Source: Anthoceros angustus (taxonomy: Eukaryota > Plantae > Anthocerotophyta). From it: 64,000 nucleotides of DNA. The stretch lies in the NCBI GenBank assembly GCA_010909165.1, contig MU008158.1, positions 3,738,809 through 3,802,808 on the forward strand, read 5' to 3'. The position numbers and the translations under genes are program-made. Shown here piece by piece: positions 24,506 through 37,600 of this stretch; position 1 is the stretch's first letter, and each line of letters begins with the position of its first letter. A model generated the notes under the pieces. The model was not told the origin of the DNA and did no database searches. It worked only from the letters and a program-made list of their open reading frames with translations.

Positions 24506-26740
24506 ATGCGGAGATCCCCGGACCTTGCCTGCCGCAGAGCCTCCGCGCTGCTGTGGCTTTTGCTGATGCTAATTCTGCGCAGCGTCGGAGCTGCCGAGGA
24601 TGGCTTGGACGTGGTCATTATCGGGGCTGGGATGGCAGGTAATTCAATCATGCAGCTGGTGCCCAGTGTCTGTCTTGGATGTATCCTGACGCCTGATGAT
24701 GGGTTGGGGGAACCGTGGGACTTGTCCAGGCATTGCAGCAGGGAAGACGCTCTCAGAGAAGGGAGTGACGAACTTTGTGATTCTGGAGGCGACAGACAGG
24801 CTTGGAGGCCGCATCCGGCTCGGAGAATTCAGCGGAGTTCCTATTGAGCTGGGAGCGAACTGGGTGGAAGGCGTGAACGGGCCTCACTTGAATCCCATTT
24901 GGAAGTTGGCCCAGGACATTAAGCTGCGCACCTCCTATTCTGATTTTGACAACATCAGTAGCAACATCTACGGAAACAGGTCCGCCTCGGGCAGAGACGT
25001 TTTTGTGGCAGCTCAAGCTTGCAAGGACCTGGTGTCCCACTGGCTGCTTTCTTCTGAAATTGAAGCTTGGATTGTCTGATTTGTGGAGCTGTCTTCGCAG
25101 TGGGTACATCCCAGTGTCGCAAACTGCTGAGGCCTACAACGCGTCAAGTGAAAGCTTCAAATTCGGAGAGGAGCTGGGAGCGAGGCGGACGGAGGAGGGA
25201 GCGGACGACACGTCGATCCTGTTTGCTCAGCGCGTCTTCGGCAGGTACTTCGGATATAAGAGACGTTTAGAAACCCACAACTGCAGCGGGTTGTCACGGC
25301 TCCGTGAGCGACGTTTTGCAGAGTTCCGACGACTCCGGTGGCCATGGCGTTGGACTACTTCGATTACGACTATGAATACGCAGGTTTTGATATGATGCGA
25401 AGGTTCCCTCCTGCTTGCTCATGGTCGCATTTTGTGCTCCCGTTTGAGAACCTCGTTGCAAGCATTGCAGAGCCTCCCAGGACAACCAGTCTGGAAAACA
25501 CCCAGCCGTTGCCTACTTTCGCCAACTACGGCTCCGACGAATATTTTGTGGCGGATAAGCGAGGTTACGTGGCAATTGTAAAACACTTAGCACTTGGCTA
25601 TCTTAAGCATGACAAGGAGGAGATTCGTGATTCTCGCTTGAAGCTCAACAAGGCAAGCCATTACTATTGTGATTTGAACAGTCGCTTACTGAATGTGTTA
25701 CCATATGGTTTTGCGGACCTGAACACCAACTGGAATATTACCCCGCAGGTGGTGAAGCACATCGAGCACTCCTCGAAAGGTGTGAAAATCGTGACGCACG
25801 ATGGGACCAGGTACAATGCCAAGGCTGTCATCCTCACAGTCAGTCTCGGGGTGCTGCAAAATGGTGACATCACGTTCCAGCCTCCCTTGCCGGTACCGGT
25901 GCTCTTCTACCTTCGATCACTCCTGATGTTAGCTGCATCTGCCAGTCACGATGCCAACGTAAGTTGTGGTGGGTCTGCAGGGATGGAAGCTGGACGCACT
26001 ATGGCAATACGATATGGCAGTTTACACCAAAATCTTTCTCAAGTTTGCCTACAGATTCTGGGATCCTGCACAAGAATTTTTCCTGTACGCTGATGGGAGA
26101 CGAGGATACTATCCAGTATGGCAGGTAGCAACCCATGAATATGTGTGTTGTTCATTGTGCAGGTGCTTGATTCTCTACTAACTCCACCTTCACAGACTCT
26201 GGAAAGAGAGTATCCAGGTTCCAACATACTGTTAGTGACAGTCACAGATGATGAATCCAGACGGATAGAGCAGCAGGATGACAGCCTGACGTTGGCAGAA
26301 ATCACGGTTGTACTCAGAACCATGTTTGGAGAAACCGCGCCACAGGCTGAAGAGATATTTGTCTCAAGGTGGTGGACAAATCAGTATTTCCGGGGATCCT
26401 TCTCCAACTGGCCCGTTGGGTTGAGTCACGAAGATTTCGCCCTCCTGCAGGTATCATATCACTAGTTTTCTCAACCTGCAATTTTCTACATCTATGCAAT
26501 CGGGTCTGATGTCACGAATGGTTGCAAGCAGACTCCAGTCAACACGATTTACTTCAGCGGAGAGCACGTCTCTGAAGACTACAATGGCTACGTGCACGGT
26601 GCATACTTTTCTGGTAAGTGTGAATTCGTAACGGGATTGTCCAAATGCATCTGCTTGGGCACCACATGACGAGGCTGTTTCCATGCACAGGTATAGAGTC
26701 TGCGGAGTCTGTTGCAAGGGATCTGACATATTCCAATTAA
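24506..26740 (+). CDS. PAO: Secreted FAD-dependent polyamine oxidase, multi-exon
   Basis: Signal peptide; VVIIGAGMAG FAD motif; ILEATDRLGGR; ELGANWVEGV; YDYEYAEPPR; YFVADKRGY; RLKLNKVV; MAVYTKIFLKF; SRWW..GSFSNWPVG; YFSGEH...GYVHGAYFSG; TAA at 26738-26740. Confidence 0.93.
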
Positions 26741-26999
26741 TAGTGGCCTTCATCGTGGAAAACAAGTTTCAAAATGGCCTCCGGCCCTGTATCCCATGGA
26801 GAATCATGGAATCATTTGATGTTGTCGTTATCCCATCCCCAAGAAGTCCAGATTCGGGGTTTGAAAGCTGGCTTTGAAATGTTCCCACACTGTTCATCAG
26901 ATTACAGAAACAGTGGACAGAATGTCGGAGCAGTTGGACAAATCATGCCCCTGACAAGGCAGTTATGGACTGTAAGCCGTACAAGAACCGAGCGTGTGC

Positions 27000-28945
27000 A
27001 TGGTGGACACCTTCCATGTAATGTTTGAATGGCCACTTGCCGCTCGTTCACCTCCCCCTTCTCTGGTCGGTCTCTGGATTTCATTGCCACGCACTTAACA
27101 AGCAAAAATCCGGCATTCTCACTGCAACCATTCCCCGCCAACGAGTCTCCATGACAACGAGATCCATGACTCCTCAGCTTTGCCACTCTCCCTTGTCCGC
27201 CAACGGAAACTGCCAAAGTCGTCAGGCCGGTCTCGTGATGAGTTTGCAACCGCGATTTGGCAGAGATGAGTAACTTGCAGCAGTAGCACGCCGAAGATGC
27301 GAACAATTGCTTTGACAGTCAGCTGATAGATGACGAGGTTCTCTACATCGATTTCGCCGAGAGTGCCTGTCCATATCCTATCCTGAGGCGAATCCTCACG
27401 CTTGCTCGTTCTCGATGGCAACCCGTGAACCACCATTCTCAATTCTCCATGAATACAGTGTTCCGAAGCCCTCCGACTCCTGCCTAGACCCGCCCTGAAA
27501 GACTTTGTGTTCCGAACCGGGTCGGAACATCGGGTCGGTCAAACATTGAGTGGAAACACTGGAGGAACTGCCACTGCTGTAACAACAATAGGGGAAGAAA
27601 GGAGAGCCAGTGACCGATATCTCAATCAACCTGCTTTGTCCCACAAGTATATGCTTGACCACCTCTCGCATTGAGGGCCTCAAACTCGGTTCACCTCATC
27701 AGGATCCCAGCAAATTTTGCAAGCTGCAGCTCACCTCAGTAAGAAATTTCCTCTCCCCTTGTTTGAAATTGTCAGCAATCCGCATCACAGCCACCGGATC
27801 CCCCCTCCCCTAACAACGAGTCCTGGCTGAAATTAGCCGTCGCCCTTTGAAGCTCCCCGTAGCAAAACAGGCGGGGAGCACCATTCGAAATTTTGGTCCT
27901 GATCACCGTGCCTCGCTGCGCATGGATGCTAAGACAAAGGGATCTTCCCCATTTCCGGTACAAAATCCACCCAAGCAAAGCAGCAGAGAGGGCAACAACG
28001 ACAATCCCCGCCGGGACTGCCGACTTCACTATCCGATTCCTCCCGGCACCGGGTCCTGCTTCCGGCTCCGGTACCCCACGCCCGTTCTTAGGTCCGCTTG
28101 CAATTCCTGTCGTGTTGAGCTCCCAGTAGAACAGCTCGTTGATTTCCACCGCACTCCCTGTACAGTGCTGGCGGAGAAGCGACATACGAGTAGGAGTTCA
28201 CTCGATCTGTCAAGTTCACAGTGGTCTTGATCAACAGTTCGGCACTCATGATCAGCTTCAGGCTGCTGGACTGTCCAGCATAGCTTGGCACCGTATCTGC
28301 GATGCTCAACATCCTCACTTCTACAAGCAGGGAAGCGGGGATATCGTGGTCCAGCCACACACCGAACTTCCCGTCCCAGAATCTGTCAAGCCTAGAGGAC
28401 AAGTCACCGGCCTCGGAGGGCCGGACATTGTTCATCACCACAGCCACGTACGGCGTGTCATAGTTGTCCCCGGCGCTCTGGTATGTGTGGAACAGCAACG
28501 CGACGATTCTGCAGTCCTTGCCTCCAGAAGGTACCGCTCCTGTGTTGTAGCTCATGGTCTTGAGGAGCCCGATGCCGGCACTAGTGGACCTGTCAGGAAC
28601 CTGCAGGTCGGGAGCCAGGAGGAATGCCATCCCGTCTTCTCCAGAGTCCTGTGGGACACACTGTGAAGCCTGAGAACGAAGAAGGATTGCAGGGAGGCAG
28701 CCGAGCCGGACTCTGGATCCCACAGATGCAGTGGCTCTTACCGCATGAACCCTCACCGCCATGCCCTGGTTTTGCGTATTGTAACCTGCGAAGGGAAGTA
28801 GCTGGCTGTTACTCGGAGTGCATGTCAAGGTCAGGTTCTGCCCGGCCTCACCGGTTGTGCCTATGCGGGACCCGCATCCTCATCCGCATCCGAAGAGAAC
28901 CACAAACAAGCACAACAACAATCCGGGATACACCGCTGACGACAT
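27000..28945 (-). pseudogene. L-type (legume) lectin receptor-like kinase pseudogene with internally deleted kinase and a possible second kinase remnant
   Basis: Signal-like MSSAVYPGLLLCLFVVLF followed by a stop; lectin motifs DGMAFLLAP, VALLFHTY, VWLDHD; frameshift ~28180; TM; PRLFCYGELQRATANFSQDSLLGEGG jumps almost directly to RPSMREVV. Confidence 0.8.
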
Positions 28946-29503
28946 GTTACTACCCAGCCTCTAAGGAATCCAAAATCCCCCTCCTACAGCAGGAGTTGCT
29001 CATCTTCCGTGGAGGAGTAGGTTCGTAGGAATTCACCTTTCAGCGTCCCTGCGGCGACAGAGCCGGAGTGTGCAAAGTCCCATTGGTATTATCATTAAGC
29101 CTGCGAATTTGGGGCAATCGGCCTGTCGTCTCAACAGACCGGAACCCCAAGTCTTCAAACAATTGATGCATCCACGGACAAAAGATTATGGTGCTTTTTT
29201 CTCACCGCGATTTTGGATCTTCGTAGAGAAAAGAAAACACTATAGAAACAATACAGCAGGAAGACCCGCACAGGGAGAGGGCAGGCAAAGGCCACCCCAA
29301 ACACGACGCCCGGACAAAGATTATGGTGCTTTGGCAATTCGCTTCAACAACGTTTTCTTCACTTTTGAGAAGTTGGCTTGTCTTTGATTAAGCTATGTTA
29401 AAGCGGAATGGAAGATTAAGCTGTGTTTAAGTTTGTAAAGGATTAGGGAGTAGGTATTGAAGAGTAACTAAAGGTTACGGTGTTGGTGTGATCAGCGTTG
29501 GAG

Positions 29504-32500
29504 TCACACCATGGTGCTTGTGCCTGAATCGAGACCAGCTGTGGCAGCGAGAGGGAAACTGGACGTGTTGCTGTTGAAGCTCATAGATGTATTTGTCCCC
29601 AGGCTTTCGGTGTCGGACCCGTAGACGAAGCTGTCATGATCCATATTCCCTTGCTCCTTGATGGAAGAGCTGGTGAGGGCTCTTTCCAGTCCCAGCCGAC
29701 GCAGTTCTTTCAGGACCTCAGTCATAGGCGGTCTGTGAACACTGCTGCGCTCCACACACCACAGCGATAAATTCACCAGCCCGGAGAAAGTGGCTGTGTC
29801 ATAGTCGCCACCCAAATTCACATCCGCCAGTTGGCCCATGTCGTCTGCTGCCCATGCACCGCGCACCTGTCATGAATACAACTGCCCTGGCTGGTCAGAA
29901 ACTGACACTAGTTCAAATCAGCGCTCCTCAAAAACTGCTAGGGTTCCGTTGCTACCCAATCTACGATGAAAATGTGTTCCGAGGCCTGGCTGTGGTCCAC
30001 AACAGCTCGTCCTGTAATGGTCTCCATGAGTAGCACACCATATCCGTATACGTCGCTCTTCTCCGTGAGTTTTTCAGTGACGTAGTATCTGCAGGCAAGG
30101 TAGTGAGCTAACTGGTGATTCACTGGAAGACAAGTCTTGAGGCAGTCTCTGCTTACTCCGGATCAAGGTAGCCTGTGGTTCCTTTGACAGCGGTGGTAAC
30201 ATGCGTGGCACCTTCCTCCTCAAGCGTGAACAATCTAGATAGCCCGAAGTCTGCTACCTTAGAGGTCGTTCTTTCTGTCAGCAAAATGTTCTTGCTCTTG
30301 ACATCTCGGTGGATGATAGCTGGACTACAACCATGATGCAGGTACTCGAGACCTGTGAGTATTTGGTCAGGGCATGCTCAAACAACAAAGGAATGGTGAA
30401 CAGTGTAATTGCAGGAGCCGCAGATGTCCACAGGCAGGCAGGTAGCTGTTTTTTCTTTACCTTCCGCAACCTCCAGGATGATGCTCATTCTTTCCATCCA
30501 GGTTAGGGGATTCGCTGAAGCCATTTTCCCTGGACAAGAATTCAGGAGAAAGTCTAGCACTAGGGAAGACACATGGAATCTTGTCTGGAGGAAAACGTTG
30601 ATAGAGTCCAGCTTTACCATGAAGTCGAGTGCAAAGGTCTCCCCCTTTCATGTACTCGTAGACCAGAATTTGTTGTCTCCAGGCTTGGCAGTAACCGAGC
30701 AAGCAAACGAGGTACTTATGATGGACCACAGACAGCAACTCAATCTGCACAGGTGCCAGGCCCGGTCAATTTGAGAGACGTGTTCCCCTTATGCAGAGCA
30801 GCACACAACAAAGCACGTCATTGTCCTGACCCCTCTCTGAAACATCCACACGATGACTTGCCTCATTGTAGAACTCTTGTTTTCCTTGACGAGACTTCGC
30901 AGATAGCACCTTCACGGCGACTTCCTGACCATCCTTCAACCGGCCATAAAAAACTGGGCCGAAACCTCCTTCTCCAATCTTCTTGTTGAAGCCTTTCGTG
31001 ATCTGCCTGAGTCTAAAGAGTGAAAATGGCCTGGTCCGTGCTCCGCTGGTCTTGAGTCGTGACTGAAGCTGACGATACTGCTTGTCAAAAAGACCTGCAC
31101 AACCATGATGTTTTCAATTTCTGCGCCATCAAGCCAGGAATCTCCGACAAAGTGTCATGGCTATGGATATGGGTACTCACCGTTCTTAGAAGAATGTACC
31201 AGAAAGACGGCAAAGTAGATGACAGGCACTAAGATAATAGCAACTGCGCAAGCTCCGCCAATAATTGCACCCAGCAGCATCCGCCCTGTATGAGAACTGT
31301 GACATCCTTGGTCGTTTGAACTGCACAATCCTGCATTACCACTGTACCTGCAATACTTGAACTGCAGAAGGGTTAGAAAAAGTGGTGCAGGTTGCTCGCA
31401 CGCATCCACTCATGGCACTTTGAAAACGATCAAATGCATCTTGCAGTGACTGAGCTCCTTCAGAAGACGAGTGATGTATGTCTCTACACCTGAAATTTTT
31501 GCCAAGCTTGGTTACAAGGGACTCTGGAAAGCTACCTCCAATCCGATTGTTCGAGATATCCCTGCATCCCCCAAGCAAAGTCTCAAGAAAGCTTGCTCTG
31601 CGGAACCGACCATGCTACGTCTGGAGAGTGTGACTGGACATACAGGTATTCTAGATTGGGCAGCTGGCTCCCCAGCCATCCAGGGAATGATCCGCTGATG
31701 CTATTGTTCGAGATGTCTCTGCAAAACGCAGGTTGGCGTCATTCATGTCATGAAGTGCAGATCACAGAGGACTTACCTGTTGTTTTTCTGAATCCTGGAA
31801 CTCTCCATCACCGAAATTGACAACTTACAAGCGTGTCAACGATGTCATGGACGTGATGCTTGACGGTATTGAACCTGTTAAGTTCATGCCAGAAATATTT
31901 CTGACATACCAAGAAGAGTGATGAAGATTAGAATGATATCCTACAAGCACAGTTTGCAAACTTTCACAGATGGAACAGGAGGCATACAAAGATGTAACTC
32001 GAATGGTGGAAGTATTGTCGGTAGCACACAGTACAGCATCCCAAGGCACAGGCAGACAGGGATCCCCAAACCAGAGATGCTGTATGCTCAACTGCGCTTT
32101 CACCTCGTCCAAAGCTTGAACTGCGTAGCAAATAACACTCCTACTCAACAGCTATCCTAGCCCACCAAAGCACAAGGCAAAGCCGTGACAGAAAGTTCTA
32201 GGGCAGAGTAGTGCATACCATCAACTCCTGAAGTTCCTAAGAGGAGTTTATCCTGTACAGTGTAGAAATCGATAGCATTGAGGAGGGGATCCAAGGTGCT
32301 AGTTGGGGCTCTCGTGAATGTGCAAGTGCTTTCTTTGTTGAAGGGTACGAATCGATTCCAACTGAATGCCTCATGGGCAGAAAATGGACGTTTCAAGTCC
32401 ACTAAGTTCTCATCCAGCAAATTAGAGCAGGTGAAGCTGATGATTCTATCTTGTTCCCCACTGAGATTGGAAATTTCTGTCAAGTAAAAGCTTGGGAAGG

Positions 32501-33715
32501 CGTCGACCAATTGCTTCGTGTGGTGAACCGTCGAGCCAGCGAGCAGTTGAGGTGTCACAGTCAAAGAGAAGGAAAACGAGGTACCAGACACAGCAGTTTG
32601 CATTACCCTCTCTGGAGGTGAGTCCCTGGTGGCAGTGGTGGTGTCCACCGGTTGGAAAGTGCTGAGGACCTCAAGATTGCCAGTCTCAGGGAAGACGGTA
32701 CGATAGTCTGACCAGAAGCGGTCATATGCATCGTCGGGAAACCTGCACACAGCAGCAAAGGGACAGGGTTACAGGTGAGCTCTGGCTTCACCCTGTGTCA
32801 CGGTGAGAACAATGTGCCCATCCCGTCCCAGCAATTCCCACCTGGTGAAAGGCCCTCCAAAATTCACGCGTAGAACCGAGAAATAGTAGCGATCCAACAT
32901 GGGAGCACCCCCAACGTAAGCATCACCTGGACAGACGTTTCAGGGCTTAGAATTTGCATACACCGCAAGCACTTCATAACATAGCTGACGTGGGTACATT
33001 ACCTGAAGCTGGAGCTGAATAGGTGGGATAAGGGAGAGGCCTCAGCTCAAGGGTGTTTAGCAGGGGAGCAGCGGAATCGTCCACCCTGATCAAACAAAAC
33101 GTCAGCTGGGGCGAAGGAATGGCTGTGATGGCCTCATAATACACGGGCTCATTCCCAGCTTTGAGCTGCACAAATGCCCAGTAGTCGTTGTCCAGGCTGA
33201 TGAGAAATGAGGGGGGCCTGTTTAGCTGATCATAGTTGGCGTAAAGGAATCCAGCTCGAAATAGATAGGTTGATTTTGGAGACTCCACAGGAATTGCGTA
33301 GCAGCTTTTCACCGAGGAAACCGTAGCAGGGAAGTATTGCAGAGTCTGCAACTCCCGAGGAATGGAAGAGATGTTGGATCCTATTCTGGCTGAGAGCCCC
33401 AGAGAGTGATCAAAATTGCTCACGCTGTCCGGTTTCCAGGCAATGCCCTCAGCGCTGGTAAACTCACCACTGCCCCCACAGTCCACGCTCACAAATTTTG
33501 CACCTAAATGGTACATGTAGAAGCAACATGTCAGCGCAACTCGTTTCCTGCTTAAAACCAAAGGCACTCGCATTTGGATGGTGCGTACCAGGCTGTGCAG
33601 ATGATGTTGCAAGGGCAGCAATAAGAATGGCAGCCAAGAAGCAGCGCTCGAAAACAATGGGGCCACCATGCGCTTGCATTCTGAGCAGCTGGCAGATGTC
33701 AGTATCAGCTTGCAT
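29504..33715 (-). CDS. Malectin-like domain LRR receptor-like kinase 2 (active RD kinase); multi-exon
   Basis: FVSVDCGG; [13 protein letters not shown]; [10 protein letters not shown]; WFGDPCLP; LRR exons; [29 protein letters not shown]; [27 protein letters not shown]. Alternative start at 33679. Confidence 0.93.
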
Positions 33716-34607
33716 GTGCTGGCGCCCCCATCCATCGTCCCATTGCAACCAGAGACTAACAAACCTCCGTGCCAAGGTAGAAAATCACAAGACTGTCTCC
33801 TGCCCTTCCCTGCCTGCACCATGAATGACACAGTCTGACAGCTGAAGAGGGAAAGGTGGCCGGGCCCTCTGAGATGGCAGCCATGGACATGAGGACTGCC
33901 TTGCAAGCTGTGATAATCAGGCCCTCTACGTGACAAAAGCAGGAGGATTTGAATTTGCACGTCAAGCTGGCCGTGGCACTGGCCCACTTGCTGGGGGCAT
34001 ACTTCACAGTAAATGCACTTGCCCGGAAAGTGAGAACACATAAGGAACGATGCCTCCTCAAGTCCTGGCAATCTCTACAGGAAACGAATGATGAGTTGGA
34101 GGCTGCAGCAAGCTGCAAAGCAAACAGTGTGCGGTGATGAGAAGATCCTGAAAAGAAGCAGCTCGGTGACCCAAAAGATGCGCATTTGCAACACCCAAGG
34201 CGCTCGCTCCTCCCCACGCCGACTCCGTCACCGTCCTCGATTCTCCTGAAAAAAATCAGCGGATAATCTTGTTTAATCATGTATCTTGGTGGGATTAGAG
34301 TCTGTAGGCAGCTTCTCTTTGCTTTCCCGTGGGCATGCTGCGCGGCAATGGATAAATCAAATTGAATGCTAGCCTGGATACCGTGGGCACTGGACAGTCC
34401 TCGGCTGACGCGCTCCAGATTGACTTGCAAGGACGCAGTTTGCCGTTTCCTCACTCTATTTTCATCCCAGGGCACCTTGGCTTCTTCACAATAACGTCTC
34501 ACAGTTTGTTGTTTGTTACAGACCGTTGGACACACTTGGCGCTTCTCCTGAATCTCCCTGCTGCCAGCAGAACTGAGAAAGCATTGTGACCCCGTCAGAA
34601 TATAGCG

Positions 34608-37600
34608 ATGGTCCTTTTCATCTTCGCGCCGCTGCTTCTGCCCTTCCTCGTCCTCCACCTTTGTGCCGCAGCTGTTGTCCCTCGAGGTGATGTCTTCTTT
34701 CTCCACGGTGCACCCATTTCCCCCTCCTCTGCCTCTCAACTGTTGTGGGCCTGCTTGTGCAGGTTTTACAAGCATCAACTGCGGAGGCACCGTGGATTTC
34801 TGGACTCGTGATGGAGTGTACTGGAAGACCGATGCTCCAATCAAGCTGGTCCACCGCTCGGAAGGACTGGCTGCCAACATCAGCACCATTCCAGGGATTA
34901 GCCAGGAGTTGCAGTCACTCCGATACTTCCCGGCCTCCACCTCTCCGGCCAAGAGTTGCTACATTGTGGCACCGTCGCAGGGTTCCGACACCACGGTGTC
35001 TAATGGAACAGCCTACCTGGTCCGCCTGGGATTTCTCTACGCCAACTATGACAACCTGAACAGCCCACCATCCTTTTCCGTCAGCCTGGATCGGGACCTC
35101 TGGGCCCTGGTGCAGCTCGTGTCTGGTAACGACCCTCTCTACATTGAGACCATCGTTTTCCTCACATCCCCCACCATAGCACTCTGTCTCATCAGGCTCA
35201 CAGATACCCAAGCACCTCTTGTCAACTCCATCGAGCTTCGAGCTCTCCCATACGCATGGTATCCAGATCTTTACGGCACTCAGCTCCTACACCTGCACAT
35301 GCGAGTGAACTTTGGAGGACCATCGATGAGGTAATACAGCCTCCACGGTAGGCTTATGGCTATCTGTCTTCAAGGATTGGGCTGCATTCTGCTTAAACCA
35401 TGTGTCTGTTTGCTGTGCAGATTTCCTGTGGACCAATATGATCGGAATTGGTCTAACTACTTAGATCTTTTCCCAAATCTGACAGATGTGGAGGTTGTGC
35501 AAACTCCTGCACTCGTGGATGTAGGTACTAGTGAACATGCACCACCTGTAGAAGTGCTGAGGACGGCGATCACAAATCCTAATTTCTCGTTCAACTTCAC
35601 ATCGATTCCAAGGTTTTTGGTGAACAGACTAGATGGAGATGCACCATCTTACAAAAGTTACCCTGTCTTTTATTTTGTAGATTACGCATTGGCAGGGCAA
35701 GGCACAGAAATTAGGCAATTTAGGATGAAATGCTCCAACATATTTGACCCCATAGCTATGAATTTAAGCTCGGTTCCTCCTTTAACCACAATGGAGATAG
35801 ACGTAGCTGATGTCATTGGTACATATCCAAGAGTCAATTCTTCAAGTTCTACTACGTGTCACCTATATCAAGATCCTCAGTCCATCTATATGTTGAATCC
35901 AATTATTAGTGCAGCAGAATTTTTTATACTTCAGGATAAAACGTTTGCTGCCACCTCTAATAATGATGGTATGTTGTGAATTTTTGTACGTTTAATGCAT
36001 TCGTGATTAATTGATTTTTTATTGTTGATTATCTTATGATCTCATGTGACTTTGTTATGTGCAGTTTATGCATTGAACGGACTAAGCAAGGAATTAGATT
36101 TCGAACAACTCTGGCTTGGGGACCCTTGTTTACCTGTACCATGGAAAGCTCTTGTATGTAATGCGATATCATCGACCAATTTTCAAGTTAATATCTTGTA
36201 AGTGTTTTGAAAAGAAACTAACATTGAAACTCTTACCATATATGTTTTACATTCATTGATTTGGTTTGTTTACCATGTGTGCAGAGATCTGTCAAGAATG
36301 AATCTCAGCGGACCTATACCATCAAACATCTCGTTATTGGTTGCTTTGACTTCCTTGTGAGTTTAATAAATTCATATTTCTATTTCATTCTCTATTCGAC
36401 AATCATTTCTCATTTCTTTTTTTGTATGAATTCTTCATGTTCAATTCTCTATTTGCATGTTCTTGTTTTCTTTGGTTCGTAACATGTGCTCCCTCTTGTC
36501 ATTGTACAACGTACTATATAACTCTATGATACATTGATGTTTTCTTAGAAATCTGTCCTACAATCATTTCAATGGTTCTCTACCAGATTGGTTGAGTAGC
36601 TTGACTCAACTCACTTTTTTGTAAGTAAATATATCTCAATCTAGTTCGTTGTTTGTGGTCTCTTACTTCTTTTGGTTCTTAACATGTGTTCCTAAAATCC
36701 TTTATAAATGTTTCTTGGTTCAGAGATGTTTCTAACAACCAACTCCAAGGCACGGTTCCACCTTCATTAGTTATGAGATTGGGTAATAACTTCAGGTATA
36801 TTATTTTTGAATTACTTTGCATTCTATTTTAGGAAGAACATGCTATGGTATTCTAACGATGTTTTTGGTATTGCTTTAGATACAATGGAAATGATGGTTT
36901 ACTTTATAAGAGCCACAAAAAGTTCAACAAATTAATCCTAATTATTGCTACCTTCTCGTGCCTTGTTATGATAATTTGTATCATATTAGTTTTATTGGGA
37001 TATAAGGTGGTCCTATCGAACTCTTCGACAAATGGTGAGCATATTTCTTTTAATAAGTCATTTTCACTTTATAAGGAGCAATTGGTAATTACAGTTGTGA
37101 GTAGAAACAATGAATAGGTAGTGTATTGCTGATTGCCAAAATATACTCAGCTGGAGGTGAATATGTGCAGGCTTTTTCGACAAGGAATATAGAGAGCTTC
37201 AAAGGAGGTTACAAAGTCAGGGAGCGAAAGCTCAACCCTTTTCGCTTACCAAAATCAAGCGCGCCACAAACAATTTTGAGAAGAAGATTGGCGAAGGTGG
37301 TTTTGGACCAGTTTATCATGGCACACTTGAAGACGGACAAGAAGTTGCAGTGAAAGTTTTGTCAACAAAGTCTAGTCAAGGTCGACGTGAATTTTGCAAC
37401 GAGGCAAGTATTGAGTGCTGCATAGTTTAACTGTAGCTGAAGAGGGACCCTGCGAATTCAGAGAGTGGCCTTTTTGACAAATCATTGTCCGGCAGGTTGA
37501 GCTGTTATCTACAGTCCATCACAGACATTTGGTCTCCCTACTTGGGTATTGCCAAGTCTTTGGAGATCAGATTCTTGTTTACGAGTACATGAAAGGAGGA

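Noticed and set aside
30930-30955. Suspected frameshift in the RLK2 kinase subdomain I-II
   Set aside because: A recount gives GGC CGG TTG AAG GAT, which is in frame.
33756-34952. 398-aa minus-strand ORF
   Set aside because: Antisense to the RLK3 5' exons and the intergenic promoter; no recognisable domain.
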